In this document: positions 1-10,212 of the stretch, in pieces
Position numbering within the stretch: position 1 is the first letter of the stretch
Layout: each line of letters begins with the position of its first letter
NCBI GenBank assembly: GCA_020248915.1
Contig: JADCGP010000013.1
Location: 4,902-68,901, forward strand
Direction: 5' to 3'
Length of the DNA stretch: 64,000 nucleotides
Origin: Rubrivivax sp.
GTDB taxonomy: Bacteria > Pseudomonadota > Gammaproteobacteria > Burkholderiales > Burkholderiaceae_C
Made by a program: the position numbers and the translations under genes
Notes under the pieces: generated by a model
What the model was told of the DNA's origin: nothing
Seen by the model: only the letters and a program-made list of their open reading frames with translations
The model's database searches: none

Positions 1-2
1 GG

Positions 3-875
3 CAGCTCGGCGTCATCGGGTGCGGGCTGATGGGCGGCAGCTTCGCGCTGGCGCTGCGGCGCGCCGGGCTGGTGCGGCGGGTCATCGGCTACAGCAAGTC
101 GCCTTCGACGACCGAGCGCGCGCGCAAGCTGGGGGTCATCGACGACGCCGCCGAGTCCGCGTTGCTGGCCGTCAGCGGCAGCGACATCGTGCTGATCGCC
201 GTGCCAGTGGCCGCCACCGAGGCCACCTTCCGCGCGATCCGGCACCTGGTCGAACCGGGCGCGCTGTTCATGGACGTCGGCAGCACCAAGGTCGACGTCG
301 TCGAGGCCGCCGAGCGCGTCCTGCGCGAACGCGTGTCCTCATTCGTGCCGGCGCACCCGATCGCAGGGCGCGAGATCGGCGGCATCGAGCACGCGGATGC
401 CGGGCTGTACGGCGGCCGCCAGGTCATCCTGACCCCGCTGCCGCAGACCTCGCCCGAGGCGCTGCGCAAGGCGGCGGACGTCTGGTCGGCGATCGGGTGC
501 ACGGTGCTCAAGATGACGCCGGAGAACCACGACGCGGCCTTCGCGGCGGTGAGCCACCTGCCGCACCTGCTGGCCTTCGCCTACTTCGGCGCCATCCTGA
601 ACCAGCCGCAGGGCCGCGACTTCCTCGAACTGGCAGGGCCCGGCTTCCGCGACTTCACCCGCATCGCCGCCGGCAACCCGCAGATGTGGCGTGACGTGCT
701 GCTGGCCAACCGCGAACAGGTGCTCGAGCAGTCGCGCCTGTTCCGCCATGCGCTCGACGCGCTCGAGGCGGCGCTGGACAATGGCAACGCCGAAGCCGTC
801 GAGACGCTGCTGCGCGGCGTGTCCGAGGCGCGCGCCCGCTGGCACCTCGGTGGCACCCGCGGCAGCGGGCGCTGA
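3..875 (+). CDS. tyrA: Prephenate dehydrogenase (5' end truncated by window)
   Basis: Frame is open from base 3 (QLGVIGCGLMGGS, a Rossmann GxGxxG motif). Contains DVGSTK, HPIAG and HDxxxAxVSHLPH motifs; lies upstream of aroA. Confidence 0.93.
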   Translation, partial: QLGVIGCGLMGGSFALALRRAGLVRRVIGYSKSPSTTERARKLGVIDDAAESALLAVSGSDIVLIAVPVAATEATFRAIRHLVEPGALFMDVGSTKVDVVEAAERVLRERVSSFVPAHPIAGREIGGIEHADAGLYGGRQVILTPLPQTSPEALRKAADVWSAIGCTVLKMTPENHDAAFAAVSHLPHLLAFAYFGAILNQPQGRDFLELAGPGFRDFTRIAAGNPQMWRDVLLANREQVLEQSRLFRHALDALEAALDNGNAEAVETLLRGVSEARARWHLGGTRGSGR

Positions 876-908
876 GCCCGCGCGCACCCCAACGAGCGGC
901 CCGTCGGC

Positions 909-2981
909 ATGTACGCGATCCCGTTCCTCGACCTGCCGCCCCTGCGCGCGGCTTCGGGCACGGTGCGGCTGCCCGGCAGCAAGAGCATCTCCAACCGCGT
1001 GCTGCTGCTGGCGGGGCTTGCCGACGGCGCGACCGAGTTGCACGACGTGCTGGCCAGCGACGACACCGCGGTGATGCTGGAGGCGCTGCGCGCGCTCGGC
1101 TGCGCGGTCGAGGCCGACCCGCGCGTGCCCACCACCTGGCGTATCGGCGGGCTCGGCGGCAGTCTGCGGGTGCCGGAGGCCGACCTGTTCCTGGGCAATG
1201 CCGGCACCGCGATGCGGCCGCTGGCCGCCGCCCTGGCGCTGCTGGCGGCCACGCAGGGCGGCCGCTTCACGCTACGCGGCGTGCCGCGCATGCACGAGCG
1301 CCCGATCGGCGACCTGGTGGAGGCGCTGCGCCCGCTGGGCTGCACCGTCGAGGAACTGGGCACGCCGGGGTTCCCACCGCTGCGCGTGGCCGGCACCGGG
1401 GCGGGCGGGTTCTCGGCGCTGGGACCGGAGCACCCGATCCGCGTGCGTGGCGACGTGTCGAGCCAGTTCCTGACCGCGCTGCTGCTCGCACTGCCGCTGG
1501 TGGTGTCGGCGCGCGAGGCGGTGGTCGAGGTCGACGGCGAACTGATCTCCAAGCCCTACGTCGACATCACGATCAAGCTGCTGGCACGCTTCGGCGTCGA
1601 GGTGCGTCGCGAAGGCTACGCGCGCTTCACCGTCCCCGCCGGCAGCCGCTTCCGCAGCCCGGGGCGGCTGCACGTCGAGGGCGACGCCTCGTCGGCCTCG
1701 TACTTCGTCGCGGCGGGCGCCCTCGCGGCCGCCGGCGGCGCGCCGCTCCGCATCGAGGGCGTGGGCAGCGACTCGATCCAGGGCGACATCGCCTTCCTCG
1801 ACGCCGCGCGCGCCATGGGCGCCGAGGTCCGCGCCGGGGCCGGCTTCGTCGAAGTGCGGCGCGGCCGCTGGCCGCTCGCCGGGATCGACCTGGATGCCAA
1901 CGCGATCCCCGACGCGGCGATGACGCTGGCGGTGATGGCGCTGTACGCCGACGCGCCGACCCGCATCCGCGGCATCGGCAGCTGGCGTGTCAAGGAGACG
2001 GACCGCATCGCCGCGATGGTTGCCGAGCTCGCGCGGCTGGGCGCGTCGGTGCGCTCGGGCGACGACTGGCTCGAGGTACAGCCGCGCCCGGCCTGGCGCG
2101 CCGCCTCGATCCGCACGTACGACGACCACCGGATGGCGATGTGCTTTGCGCTGGCGGCCTTCAATCCGCTGGCCGGTGGCGCGGTGCCGGTGCGCATCGA
2201 GGACCCGCGCTGCGTCGGCAAGACCTTCCCGGACTTCTTCGAGTCGCTGTTCGCCGTGGCCGCGGCCGACGCGGCCGACGTGCCGGTGATCGCGATCGAC
2301 GGCCCGACCGCGTCGGGCAAGGGCACGCTGGCCGCGGCGGTGGCCGCCGCGCTCGGCTACGCGCTGCTCGACTCGGGCTCGCTGTACCGGGCGGCGGGCC
2401 TCGCGGCCACGTGGGACGGCGTCGCGCTGGACGACGAAGTCGGCGTCGCGGCGCTGGCCGGCGCGCTGGACCTGCGCTTCGGACAGGGCGCCGACGCCGG
2501 CCGCGTCTGGCTGCGCGGCCGCGAGGTCACCGATGAACTGCGGCTGGAATCGACCGGGCTGGCCGCCTCGCGCGTGTCGGCCCTGCCCGCCGTGCGCCGG
2601 GCGCTGCACGGTCTGCAACTGGCCTTCCGCCGCGCCCCGGGCCTCGTGGCCGACGGGCGCGACATGGGCACCGTGGTGTTTCCGGACGCGACGTTGAAGG
2701 TGTTCCTGACCGCCAGTGCCGCCGAGCGCGCGACGCGACGGCATAAGCAATTGATTTCCAAGGGGATTTCTGCTAATCTCGACAACCTTCGCGCCGATCT
2801 GGAAGCGCGCGACGCGCGCGACCGAGGTCGCAGCGTCGCACCGCTGAAGGCGGCCGAGGACGCGCGGTTGCTCGACAACTCGCACCTGAGCATCGAAGCC
2901 TCGGTGTCGCAGGTGCTGGAATGGTGGCGGCAGCGCGGGCCGTTCGGCGTTGCCGGCGGCGCCCAGGGCGACTCCGCCTGA
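909..2981 (+). CDS. aroA-cmk: Bifunctional EPSP synthase / cytidylate kinase fusion
   Basis: AroA motifs [27 protein letters not shown] and DDHRMAM, followed in frame by Cmk motifs [13 protein letters not shown] and [13 protein letters not shown]. Confidence 0.96.
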   Translation: MYAIPFLDLPPLRAASGTVRLPGSKSISNRVLLLAGLADGATELHDVLASDDTAVMLEALRALGCAVEADPRVPTTWRIGGLGGSLRVPEADLFLGNAGTAMRPLAAALALLAATQGGRFTLRGVPRMHERPIGDLVEALRPLGCTVEELGTPGFPPLRVAGTGAGGFSALGPEHPIRVRGDVSSQFLTALLLALPLVVSAREAVVEVDGELISKPYVDITIKLLARFGVEVRREGYARFTVPAGSRFRSPGRLHVEGDASSASYFVAAGALAAAGGAPLRIEGVGSDSIQGDIAFLDAARAMGAEVRAGAGFVEVRRGRWPLAGIDLDANAIPDAAMTLAVMALYADAPTRIRGIGSWRVKETDRIAAMVAELARLGASVRSGDDWLEVQPRPAWRAASIRTYDDHRMAMCFALAAFNPLAGGAVPVRIEDPRCVGKTFPDFFESLFAVAAADAADVPVIAIDGPTASGKGTLAAAVAAALGYALLDSGSLYRAAGLAATWDGVALDDEVGVAALAGALDLRFGQGADAGRVWLRGREVTDELRLESTGLAASRVSALPAVRRALHGLQLAFRRAPGLVADGRDMGTVVFPDATLKVFLTASAAERATRRHKQLISKGISANLDNLRADLEARDARDRGRSVAPLKAAEDARLLDNSHLSIEASVSQVLEWWRQRGPFGVAGGAQGDSA
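2744..2779 (+). promoter_or_regulatory. Sigma70-like promoter inside cmk with overlapping IHF consensus site
   Basis: TTGATT (2751-2756), 17 nt, TAATCT (2774-2779) with extended TG. Bases 2744-2756 read AATCAATTGCTTA on the minus strand, matching WATCAANNNNTTR. AT-rich patch in a GC-rich CDS. Confidence 0.65.
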
Positions 2982-3192
2982 GGCGCGCCTCGACACCGCG
3001 AAGGCCACGATAGGTTCCGTCGCGTCCGCTCGAGCTTCGGTGCTCAGGCCGGCAGGTCGGGATCGGGCGGCTGCGCGCAGGCGCGACCACCGGATCCCTG
3101 GCGCGACGGGTGTGTCCAACGCCAACCCCGCGGCACCCGCCGCACGCATCGCCCGGCTCTGCACCCCACCCCATCCCGGGCCCAGGAAACAC

Positions 3193-4908
3193 ATGTCCCA
3201 GACGCAAGTTGCCGCCGCCGGCGGCATGGAATCGTTCGCCGCCCTGTTCGAGGAGTCGCTGAAGAATGCCGACATGCGCGTCGGCGAGGTCATCTCGGCC
3301 GAGGTGGTGCGCATCGACTTCAACCACGTCGTCGTCAACGCCGGCCTGAAGAGCGAGAGCTACATCCCGATCGAGGAGTTCCGCAACGACCAGGGCGAGG
3401 TCGAAGTCCAGGTCGGCGACTTCGTCGCGGTGGCCATCGACGCGGTCGAGAACGGCTACGGCGACACTATCCTCAGCCGCGACAAGGCCAAGCGCCTGGC
3501 CTCGTGGATGAGCCTGGAGAACGCGCTGGAGAGCGGGCAGTTCGTCACCGGCACGGTCAGCGGCAAGGTCAAGGGCGGCCTGACCGTCCTCGTCAACGGC
3601 ATCCGCGCCTTCCTGCCCGGCTCGCTGCTGGACACGCGTCCGGTCAAGGACATGTCGCCGTTCGAGGGCAAGACGCTCGAGTTCAAGGTCATCAAGCTCG
3701 ACCGCAAGCGCAACAACGTGGTGCTGTCGCGGCGAGCGGTGGTCGAGGCCTCGATGGGCGAGGAGCGCGCCAAGCTGCTCGAGACGCTGACCGAGGGCGC
3801 CATCGTCAACGGCGTCGTCAAGAACATCACCGAGTACGGCGCGTTCGTCGACCTCGGAGGCATCGACGGCCTGCTGCACATCACCGACATGGCTTGGCGC
3901 CGCGTGCGCCACCCGACCGAGGTGGTGCAGGTCGGCCAGGAGCTGACCGCCAAGGTGCTGAAGTTCGACGCCGAGAAGAACCGCGTCTCCCTCGGCCTCA
4001 AGCAGCTCGGCGACGACCCGTGGCTGGGCGTCAGCCGCCGCTACCCGCAGGGCACGCGCCTGTTCGGCCGCGTCACGAACATCGCCGACTACGGCGCCTT
4101 CGTCGAGATCGAGCCCGGCATCGAGGGCCTGGTGCACGTCTCCGAGATGGACTGGACGAACAAGAACGTCGCTCCCGGCAAGGTGGTCACGCTCGGCGAG
4201 GAAGTCGAGGTGATGGTCCTCGAGATCGACGAGGACAAGCGTCGCATCAGCCTCGGCATGAAGCAGTGCAAGCCGAACCCGTGGGAGGAGTTCGCGTCGA
4301 ACGTCAAGCGCGGCGACAAGGTCAAGGGGCCGGTCAAGAGCATCACCGACTTCGGCGTCTTCATCGGCCTGGCGCAGGGCATCGACGGCCTGGTGCACCT
4401 GTCCGACCTGTCGTGGAACGAGCCGGGCGAGAGCGCGGTGCGCAACTACAAGAAGGGCCAGGAGGTCGAGGCGGTCGTGCTGGCGGTGGACGTCGAGCGC
4501 GAGCGCATCAGCCTGGGCATCAAGCAGCTCGACGTCGACCCGTTCACCAGCTTCACGACGCTGAACGACCGCGGCGCGATCGTCGGCGGCCGGGTGCGCA
4601 GCGTCGACCCGCGCGGCGCCGAGATCCAGCTCAACGACGACGTCACCGGCTACCTGCGCGCCAGCGAGCTGAGCCGCGACCGCGTCGAGGACGCGCGCAA
4701 CGTGCTGAAGGAAGGCGACGAGGTCAGCGTGATGATCATCAACGTCGACCGCAAGATGCGCAGCATCCAGCTCAGCATCAAGGCCAAGGATGCGGCCGAC
4801 CAGCAGGAGGCGATGCAGCGCCTCGCGCACAGCAACGAGCGCGAGACCGCCGGCACCACGAGCCTGGGCGCCCTGCTGCGCGCCAAGCTCGACAAGAGCG
4901 GCGAGTGA
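3193..4908 (+). CDS. rpsA: 30S ribosomal protein S1
   Basis: ATG 3193 after AGGA. Six S1 repeats ([29 protein letters not shown] etc.). The ORF-track start at 2950 is an over-extension. Confidence 0.97.
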   Translation: MSQTQVAAAGGMESFAALFEESLKNADMRVGEVISAEVVRIDFNHVVVNAGLKSESYIPIEEFRNDQGEVEVQVGDFVAVAIDAVENGYGDTILSRDKAKRLASWMSLENALESGQFVTGTVSGKVKGGLTVLVNGIRAFLPGSLLDTRPVKDMSPFEGKTLEFKVIKLDRKRNNVVLSRRAVVEASMGEERAKLLETLTEGAIVNGVVKNITEYGAFVDLGGIDGLLHITDMAWRRVRHPTEVVQVGQELTAKVLKFDAEKNRVSLGLKQLGDDPWLGVSRRYPQGTRLFGRVTNIADYGAFVEIEPGIEGLVHVSEMDWTNKNVAPGKVVTLGEEVEVMVLEIDEDKRRISLGMKQCKPNPWEEFASNVKRGDKVKGPVKSITDFGVFIGLAQGIDGLVHLSDLSWNEPGESAVRNYKKGQEVEAVVLAVDVERERISLGIKQLDVDPFTSFTTLNDRGAIVGGRVRSVDPRGAEIQLNDDVTGYLRASELSRDRVEDARNVLKEGDEVSVMIINVDRKMRSIQLSIKAKDAADQQEAMQRLAHSNERETAGTTSLGALLRAKLDKSGE

Positions 4909-4917
4909 CCACCGCTG

Positions 4918-4947
4918 CCACGCCGCGCCGTCCACGGCGCGGCGTGG
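4918..4947. repeat. Perfect 13-bp GC-rich inverted repeat between rpsA and ihfB
   Basis: CCACGCCGCGCCG-tcca-CGGCGCGGCGTGG; no U-tract follows. Confidence 0.7.
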
Positions 4948-4980
4948 GGCGGCGCGCGCCTCCGACCGGATCCGACCGCG

Positions 4981-5322
4981 ATGGCCATGACCCGTTCCGA
5001 CCTCGTCGCGCGGCTGGCGGAGCGCTTCCCGCAGCTGACGCAGCGCGACACGGAGTTCGCCGTCAAGACCATGCTGGACGCGATGACCGATGCGCTCGCG
5101 CGCGGCCACCGCATCGAGATCCGCGGCTTCGGCAGCTTCTCGGTCACGCGCCGCCCGCCCCGGGTGGGCCGCAATCCGCGCAGCGGGGAGCAGGTCCAGA
5201 TCCCGGAAAAGCTCGTCCCCCACTTCAAGCCCGGCAAGGCGCTGCGCGAGGCGGTGGATGGCCCGCTCGCTGCGGGCGACGGCGGCAGCGCCGAGATCCC
5301 GGCCCACCTGCGCGACGCCTGA
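4981..5322 (+). CDS. ihfB: Integration host factor beta subunit
   Basis: MTRSDL..., [30 protein letters not shown]; canonical position after rpsA. Start may be 4987. Confidence 0.95.
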   Translation: MAMTRSDLVARLAERFPQLTQRDTEFAVKTMLDAMTDALARGHRIEIRGFGSFSVTRRPPRVGRNPRSGEQVQIPEKLVPHFKPGKALREAVDGPLAAGDGGSAEIPAHLRDA

Positions 5323-5392
5323 GGAGGGTCGCGTCGCCGGCCGCGCTCTCGCCGGCCCGGCCCGGCCCCGAAATGCCGCATCATCGCAAGCC

Positions 5393-5698
5393 ATGCGACT
5401 CGTGGTCTGGCTGCTCCGTGGCTTCGTCTTCTTCGCGCTGTTCGCCTTCGCGCTCAACAACCAGCAACCGGTCACGGTGCACTGGTTCTTCGGCGCCGAG
5501 TGGCGCGCACCGCTGGTGATCGTCGTGCTCGCCGCCTTCGCGGCAGGCAGCGCGGTCGGCGTGCTGGCGATGCTGCCCCGCTGGTGGCGCCGGCTGCGTG
5601 CAACCCGCAGCGCAGCCGCCACGGACGGACTGGACGCAACGCTCCCCCTGGCGCGCGCCGGGGCCGTCGGCCCCCAACCGCCGCGCGACGGCCCCTGA
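5393..5698 (+). CDS. lapA: LPS assembly protein A (DUF1049)
   Basis: Two hydrophobic segments, FALNNQQPVTVHWFFG; located between ihfB and lapB. Confidence 0.88.
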   Translation: MRLVVWLLRGFVFFALFAFALNNQQPVTVHWFFGAEWRAPLVIVVLAAFAAGSAVGVLAMLPRWWRRLRATRSAAATDGLDATLPLARAGAVGPQPPRDGP

Positions 5699-5720
5699 GC
5701 GCGGCACCGCGCGACCCGCG

Positions 5721-6890
5721 ATGGACTTCGACCTGCAGTGGATGCTGATCGGCCTGCCGATCGCCTTCGCGCTCGGCTGGATCACGTCGCGACTCGACCT
5801 GCGGCAACTGCGGCGCGAGAACCGTGACGCGCCCCGCGCCTACTTCAAGGGCCTGAACCTGCTGCTCAACGAGCAGCCGGACAAGGCCATCGACGCCTTC
5901 GTCGACGCGGTCAGGCACGACCCGGACACCACCGAGCTCCACTTCGCCCTGGGCAACCTGTTCCGGCGGCGAGGCGAGTTCGAACGCGCCGTCCGTGTTC
6001 ACGAGCACCTGCTGGCACGCGGCGACCTGCGGGCTGCCGACCGCGAACGCGCGCAGCGCGCGCTGGCGGAGGACTTCGCCAAGGCCGGCCTGTTCGACCA
6101 CGCCGAGACAGCCTGGCGCGCGCTCGAGGGCACCCGCTTCGAACGCGAGGCCCGGCTCGCGCTGCTGGCGCTTGCGGAGCGATCGCGCGACTGGCCGCGC
6201 GCGCTCGAGCTCGCCGCCGGCCTGGACGAGGCTGCCGAGGGCTCGTTCGCCACGCGCCGCGCGCACTACGAGTGCGAGCAGGTCCTGGCTTCGGACGCGG
6301 CCGGCAAGGACGCCGACGCCGAATCGGCACTGGCACGCGCGCACGCGCTGGCACCGCAGGCGGCACGCCCGCTGCTGCTGGCCGGGCAGCGCCACGCCCG
6401 CGCGGGCCGCCCCGCCGAGGCGCTGGCGGCCTGGGACGAACTGCGGGCGGTGCAACCGGGTGCGTTCCTGCTGGTCGCGCTGGAGTACGCGCAAGCCGCG
6501 CGCGCTGCAGGCCGAATCGCCGCCGCCCGCGATACGCTGGTGGCCGAGCACGCCCGGCGCCCGTCGGTCGAACTGCTCGCCGCACTGGACCGCCTGGACG
6601 CCGCCGCCGGAGGCGAAGACGACGCCCCGGCGCGCGCAGCCGCGCGCTGGACGGGGCAGCTGGAACAGGCGCCGTCGCTCGCGGCCGCCGAGCGGCTGCT
6701 CGCCCTGCCGGCGGCGCAGTGGCCCGCCGGGGGGCACGAAGCGCTGCGCGCCGCCGTCGCGCGGGCCTCGCGCCCGCTGCAGCGCTACCGCTGCGCAGCC
6801 TGCGGTTTCGAGGCGCAGAACTACTTCTGGCAGTGCCCCGGCTGCCTGAGCTGGGACAGCTACCCGCCGCAGCGCATCGAGACGCTGTGA
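5721..6890 (+). CDS. lapB: LPS assembly protein B (YciM)
   Basis: N-terminal TM helix, YFKGLNLLLNEQPDKAIDAF, TPR repeats and C-terminal rubredoxin-like CxxC...WQCPGC. Confidence 0.94.
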   Translation: MDFDLQWMLIGLPIAFALGWITSRLDLRQLRRENRDAPRAYFKGLNLLLNEQPDKAIDAFVDAVRHDPDTTELHFALGNLFRRRGEFERAVRVHEHLLARGDLRAADRERAQRALAEDFAKAGLFDHAETAWRALEGTRFEREARLALLALAERSRDWPRALELAAGLDEAAEGSFATRRAHYECEQVLASDAAGKDADAESALARAHALAPQAARPLLLAGQRHARAGRPAEALAAWDELRAVQPGAFLLVALEYAQAARAAGRIAAARDTLVAEHARRPSVELLAALDRLDAAAGGEDDAPARAAARWTGQLEQAPSLAAAERLLALPAAQWPAGGHEALRAAVARASRPLQRYRCAACGFEAQNYFWQCPGCLSWDSYPPQRIETL

Positions 6891-6915
6891 CGCCGCGGTC
6901 GGCAGCAGACCGGCG

Positions 6916-7866
6916 TCAGGCGGCGAGTTGCCGCTCGAGCAGGGTCAGCACGTCGTTGCGCGACGGCACCTGGCCCTTGCCGCCGATGCTGGCCACCGGG
7001 CCGGCGCCGGTCAGGCCGGCCAGCCCGGGTTCGTGGTCGCAGTAGATGCCCACCGTGGGGCGCCCCAGCGCCGCGGCCAGGTGGGTGAAGCCGGTGTCCA
7101 ACCCCACCACGTGGCGCGCCTGCGCGAGCACCGCGGCCATCTGGCCGACGTCGAGGAAGGGCGGCACGTCGCCGTCGCAGCCGGCGGCGATGCGCTCGGC
7201 CAGGATCTGCTCGTCCTCGCTGCCCCACAGCACGACCGGCGGCCAGCCGAGCTCGGCCAGGCGCTGCCCGATCTGGATCCAGTGGCGCTCGGGCCACAGC
7301 TTCTGGCGGCGGCTGGCGTTGGGGATCAGCACCGAGTAGGCTCCCTGCGGGACCCACGCACCCGTCGGCGGGCCGAGGCCGAATTCGGGCTCGCCCGCCG
7401 GGGCCGGCAGGCCGAGATGCGCCGCCACAAGCAGCCGGCAGCGCTGCACCGCGTGCAGGTGGCGCGAGACGGTGGCGCGCCTCTGGTAGAGCGACGCGGC
7501 CAGGCTCTCGCGCGCGCTCGCCGCGTCGAAGCCCGCCACCGGGCCGGCGGCCTGGCGCGCCCAGACCGCGCTCTTGACGAGGCCCTGCAGGTCGAGCACG
7601 AGGTCGTAGGGCTCGCGGCGCAGGTCGGCGCGCAGGGCCGACATGGCGCGCCAGGTGTCGGCCCGCAGCAGCTGGCGCCGCCACCGGCGCCAGGCCATCG
7701 GCAGCACGCGCTGCACCCCGGGGTGCATCCTGGGGATGGCGGCGAAGGCAGCCTCGACCAGCCAGTCGATCCGGGCCCCCGGGTGGCGACGGACGATGTC
7801 GGAGACGGCGGGCGTGGCATGGACGACGTCGCCCATCGACGATGTCTTGACGATCAGCAGCCGCAC
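6916..7866 (-). CDS. waaC: LPS heptosyltransferase I (GT9)
   Basis: GTG start, LLIVKTSSMGDVVH, DLQGLVKSA, VGLDTGFTHLAAALG. Confidence 0.9.
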   Translation of the reverse strand: MRLLIVKTSSMGDVVHATPAVSDIVRRHPGARIDWLVEAAFAAIPRMHPGVQRVLPMAWRRWRRQLLRADTWRAMSALRADLRREPYDLVLDLQGLVKSAVWARQAAGPVAGFDAASARESLAASLYQRRATVSRHLHAVQRCRLLVAAHLGLPAPAGEPEFGLGPPTGAWVPQGAYSVLIPNASRRQKLWPERHWIQIGQRLAELGWPPVVLWGSEDEQILAERIAAGCDGDVPPFLDVGQMAAVLAQARHVVGLDTGFTHLAAALGRPTVGIYCDHEPGLAGLTGAGPVASIGGKGQVPSRNDVLTLLERQLAA

Positions 7867-7870
7867 TGCG

Positions 7871-8536
7871 TCAGCCCGGCCCGCGCTGCGAGCGCTCGGC
7901 AACCAGCACCGGGTTCAGCTCGGGGTCGTTGTACATCTTGAACTGCCGGTAGACCTTGAAGCAGGCCCGGCCGGCGCCGCAGTCGGCCAGCAGCGCGTCG
8001 AGGCAGGACGCGAGGTCGCGGCGCTGCTCCTCGAGCCGCGCCAGCCGGGCGACGCTGGCCTCGCGCTGCGCCGCAGAAACGTCGGTGCGCTGCGTCTGGG
8101 CGCGCATCGCATGCACCTTGAGGGCCATGATCGACAGCCGGTCGATCATGCTGCCGGCCGTCTCGCTGTTCAGGCGCGCGCCGGCGGGGGCCGTGCTGCG
8201 CGGAGCGTCGGTGCGGGCCGACTCCGCATCGACCAGCCCGAGCGCCACCAGCAGGATCTCGTCGACGCGCTCGGTGGCGTCGTTGCGCGCCTGGTTGAAG
8301 CGGTCGATCGCGCGTTTGTTGGCCGCGATCTCGGCATCGGCCACCTGCGTCCTGCGGGCCAGGTCCTCCTCGTTCCACAGCTGGCTGTTGAAGCGGTGGT
8401 TGGCCTGGATCCAGCGCCACAGGCCGCCTGCGGCGTGCGCGTCGGCCGCCTGCGGCTCGTCGCGCGGCCAGCCGGGCGCGGCGAGCAGGCGGTCGTGCAG
8501 GGCGACGACGTCGCGGGCGAGCAGGATCGGGGTCAT
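7871..8536 (-). CDS. DUF4254 domain protein
   Basis: NxxLWNEED.ARR, KRAIDRFNQARND..ERVD, NSETAGSMIDRLSIMALK, FKVYRQFKMYND; recognised from motif memory, not from an HMM run. Confidence 0.8.
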   Translation of the reverse strand: MTPILLARDVVALHDRLLAAPGWPRDEPQAADAHAAGGLWRWIQANHRFNSQLWNEEDLARRTQVADAEIAANKRAIDRFNQARNDATERVDEILLVALGLVDAESARTDAPRSTAPAGARLNSETAGSMIDRLSIMALKVHAMRAQTQRTDVSAAQREASVARLARLEEQRRDLASCLDALLADCGAGRACFKVYRQFKMYNDPELNPVLVAERSQRGPG

Positions 8537-8617
8537 CGGCAGTGGCGTCGGGTGGATCCGGCGGGCGCGGCACGGCAACCCGGCTGGCAGAATGCGTCGA
8601 AGGATTATCGACTGCCG

Positions 8618-9574
8618 ATGTCGTCCCGCCCCGCCCTGGTCGTCCGCTTGCGCAATTGGGTGGGCGACGTGGTGCTGGGCGTCCCCGCGCTGCGGCGGCT
8701 GGCCCAGCGCTACCAGCTGCACCTGGTGGGCAAGGGATGGGCCGCGGACCTGCTTGAAGCGTACCGGTGGCCGGTGCACCCGCTGCCCTCCACCTGGCGC
8801 GAACGCGTCGCGCTGCTCGCCCGACTGCGCCGCGAGGTACGGGCGGGCACCGGCCCCACTGGCGGCCGCATCGACGCGGTCTGCTTTCCGTACTCGTGGT
8901 CCAGCGCGCTGGAGTTCCGCCTCGCCGGCCTGCGGGCGATCGGGCACGCCTACGAGGGCCGCAGCCTGCTGCTCGGGCGCGCGGTGCCAAGGCCCCGCGG
9001 GCTGCACGAATTCGAGATCTACTGGCAGCTGGCCGGCGCCCTGCTCGGCGAGCAGGCCGCGCCGCCGGGCGAGATCGACCTCGCGCTCGCGCCGCGCCAC
9101 CGCGAGCAGGCCGACGCGCTGCGCCGCGTGCACGGCATCGGCGCCGGCTACGTCGTCATCTGCCCGTTCGCCGGCGGCACCTGGGACAAGAAACCCAAGA
9201 CCTGGCCGGGCTTCGCCGACTTCGCGGCCAGGGAACTGCCGCGCTGGGGTCGCCCGGTGCTGATCTGCCCCGGGCCCGGCGAGGAGGCCGTCGCGCACGA
9301 CGCCTTCCCCGGTGCGATCTGCCTCGAGCGCGTCGGTCTCGGGGCCTACGCCGCGCTGCTGTCGGAGGCCGCGCTGATGATCTCCAACGACACCGGACCC
9401 GGCCATCTCGCGGCTGCGGTGGGCACGCCGCTGCTGTCGGTGCTGGGCCCGAGCGAGCCCGCGCAGTGGGGGGCATGGGGACCGGGGGTCGAGTTCGTGC
9501 GCGGCCCGGGCGCCACCTGGCCGTCGGCGGCGGCGGTCCGTTCGGCCGTCACGGCCCGCCTGGGCGCGCCCTAG
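8618..9574 (+). CDS. Glycosyltransferase family 9 (heptosyltransferase II-like)
   Basis: LVVRLRNWVGDVVL (cf. WaaF PxWvGD) and ISNDTGPGHLAAAVGTP. Confidence 0.85.
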   Translation: MSSRPALVVRLRNWVGDVVLGVPALRRLAQRYQLHLVGKGWAADLLEAYRWPVHPLPSTWRERVALLARLRREVRAGTGPTGGRIDAVCFPYSWSSALEFRLAGLRAIGHAYEGRSLLLGRAVPRPRGLHEFEIYWQLAGALLGEQAAPPGEIDLALAPRHREQADALRRVHGIGAGYVVICPFAGGTWDKKPKTWPGFADFAARELPRWGRPVLICPGPGEEAVAHDAFPGAICLERVGLGAYAALLSEAALMISNDTGPGHLAAAVGTPLLSVLGPSEPAQWGAWGPGVEFVRGPGATWPSAAAVRSAVTARLGAP

Positions 9575-9747
9575 AGCCCCCGGCCCCTCGACCGGGGGCA
9601 CCCGCCCCGGCTCGACACCCACCCGCCCGCGGGCCCTCGGCGGCCCTGCCGTGGAGGGAGGGACGTGGCCGGGCCTGTTACGAAGAATGGCCCTCGCCCG
9701 CCGCGATGTCCGCCCGGGCGACCACCGCAACCACGAGGAGATCGATC

Positions 9748-10194
9748 ATGTTCCGCAAGCTGCTCGCCGTCGTCCTGGCCGCTGCCGCCTTCAATGTCCT
9801 GGCCGCTGTCGATGCCAACCGTGCCACGCAGGCCGAACTCGAGACCGTCAAGGGCATCGGGCCGGGCCTGTCGTCGAAGATCGTCAAGGCGCGCGAGACG
9901 GGCGCCTTCAAGAGCTGGGCCGACTTCGTCGAGCGCGTCGGCGGCGTCGGGCCCGGCAACGCCGCCCGCTTCTCGCAGGCCGGCCTGACGGTCGGCGGCA
10001 GCCCGCTCGACGCGTCGTCGCTGCCGGCCCCCACCAAGGGCGGCGCCAAGGTCGCCGCCGAGGCCGGCGAGCGCACGGCCAAGGGCAGCCGGACCGAGCG
10101 CGCCGAAGGCAAGGCCGCCAAGACCGAGTCGGGCGACAAGGGCACGCGCCGCGCCACCAAGCCGGCCGCCGAGGGCAAGGCTCCGCAGGCCTGA
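9748..10194 (+). CDS. ComEA-family helix-hairpin-helix DNA-binding protein, exported
   Basis: GAGGAG RBS, signal peptide, VDANRATQAELETVKGIGP and a second HhH (VGGVGP); K/E/A-rich tail. Confidence 0.88.
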   Translation: MFRKLLAVVLAAAAFNVLAAVDANRATQAELETVKGIGPGLSSKIVKARETGAFKSWADFVERVGGVGPGNAARFSQAGLTVGGSPLDASSLPAPTKGGAKVAAEAGERTAKGSRTERAEGKAAKTESGDKGTRRATKPAAEGKAPQA

Positions 10195-10212
10195 GAGGGT
10201 GCACCCGCGCCG

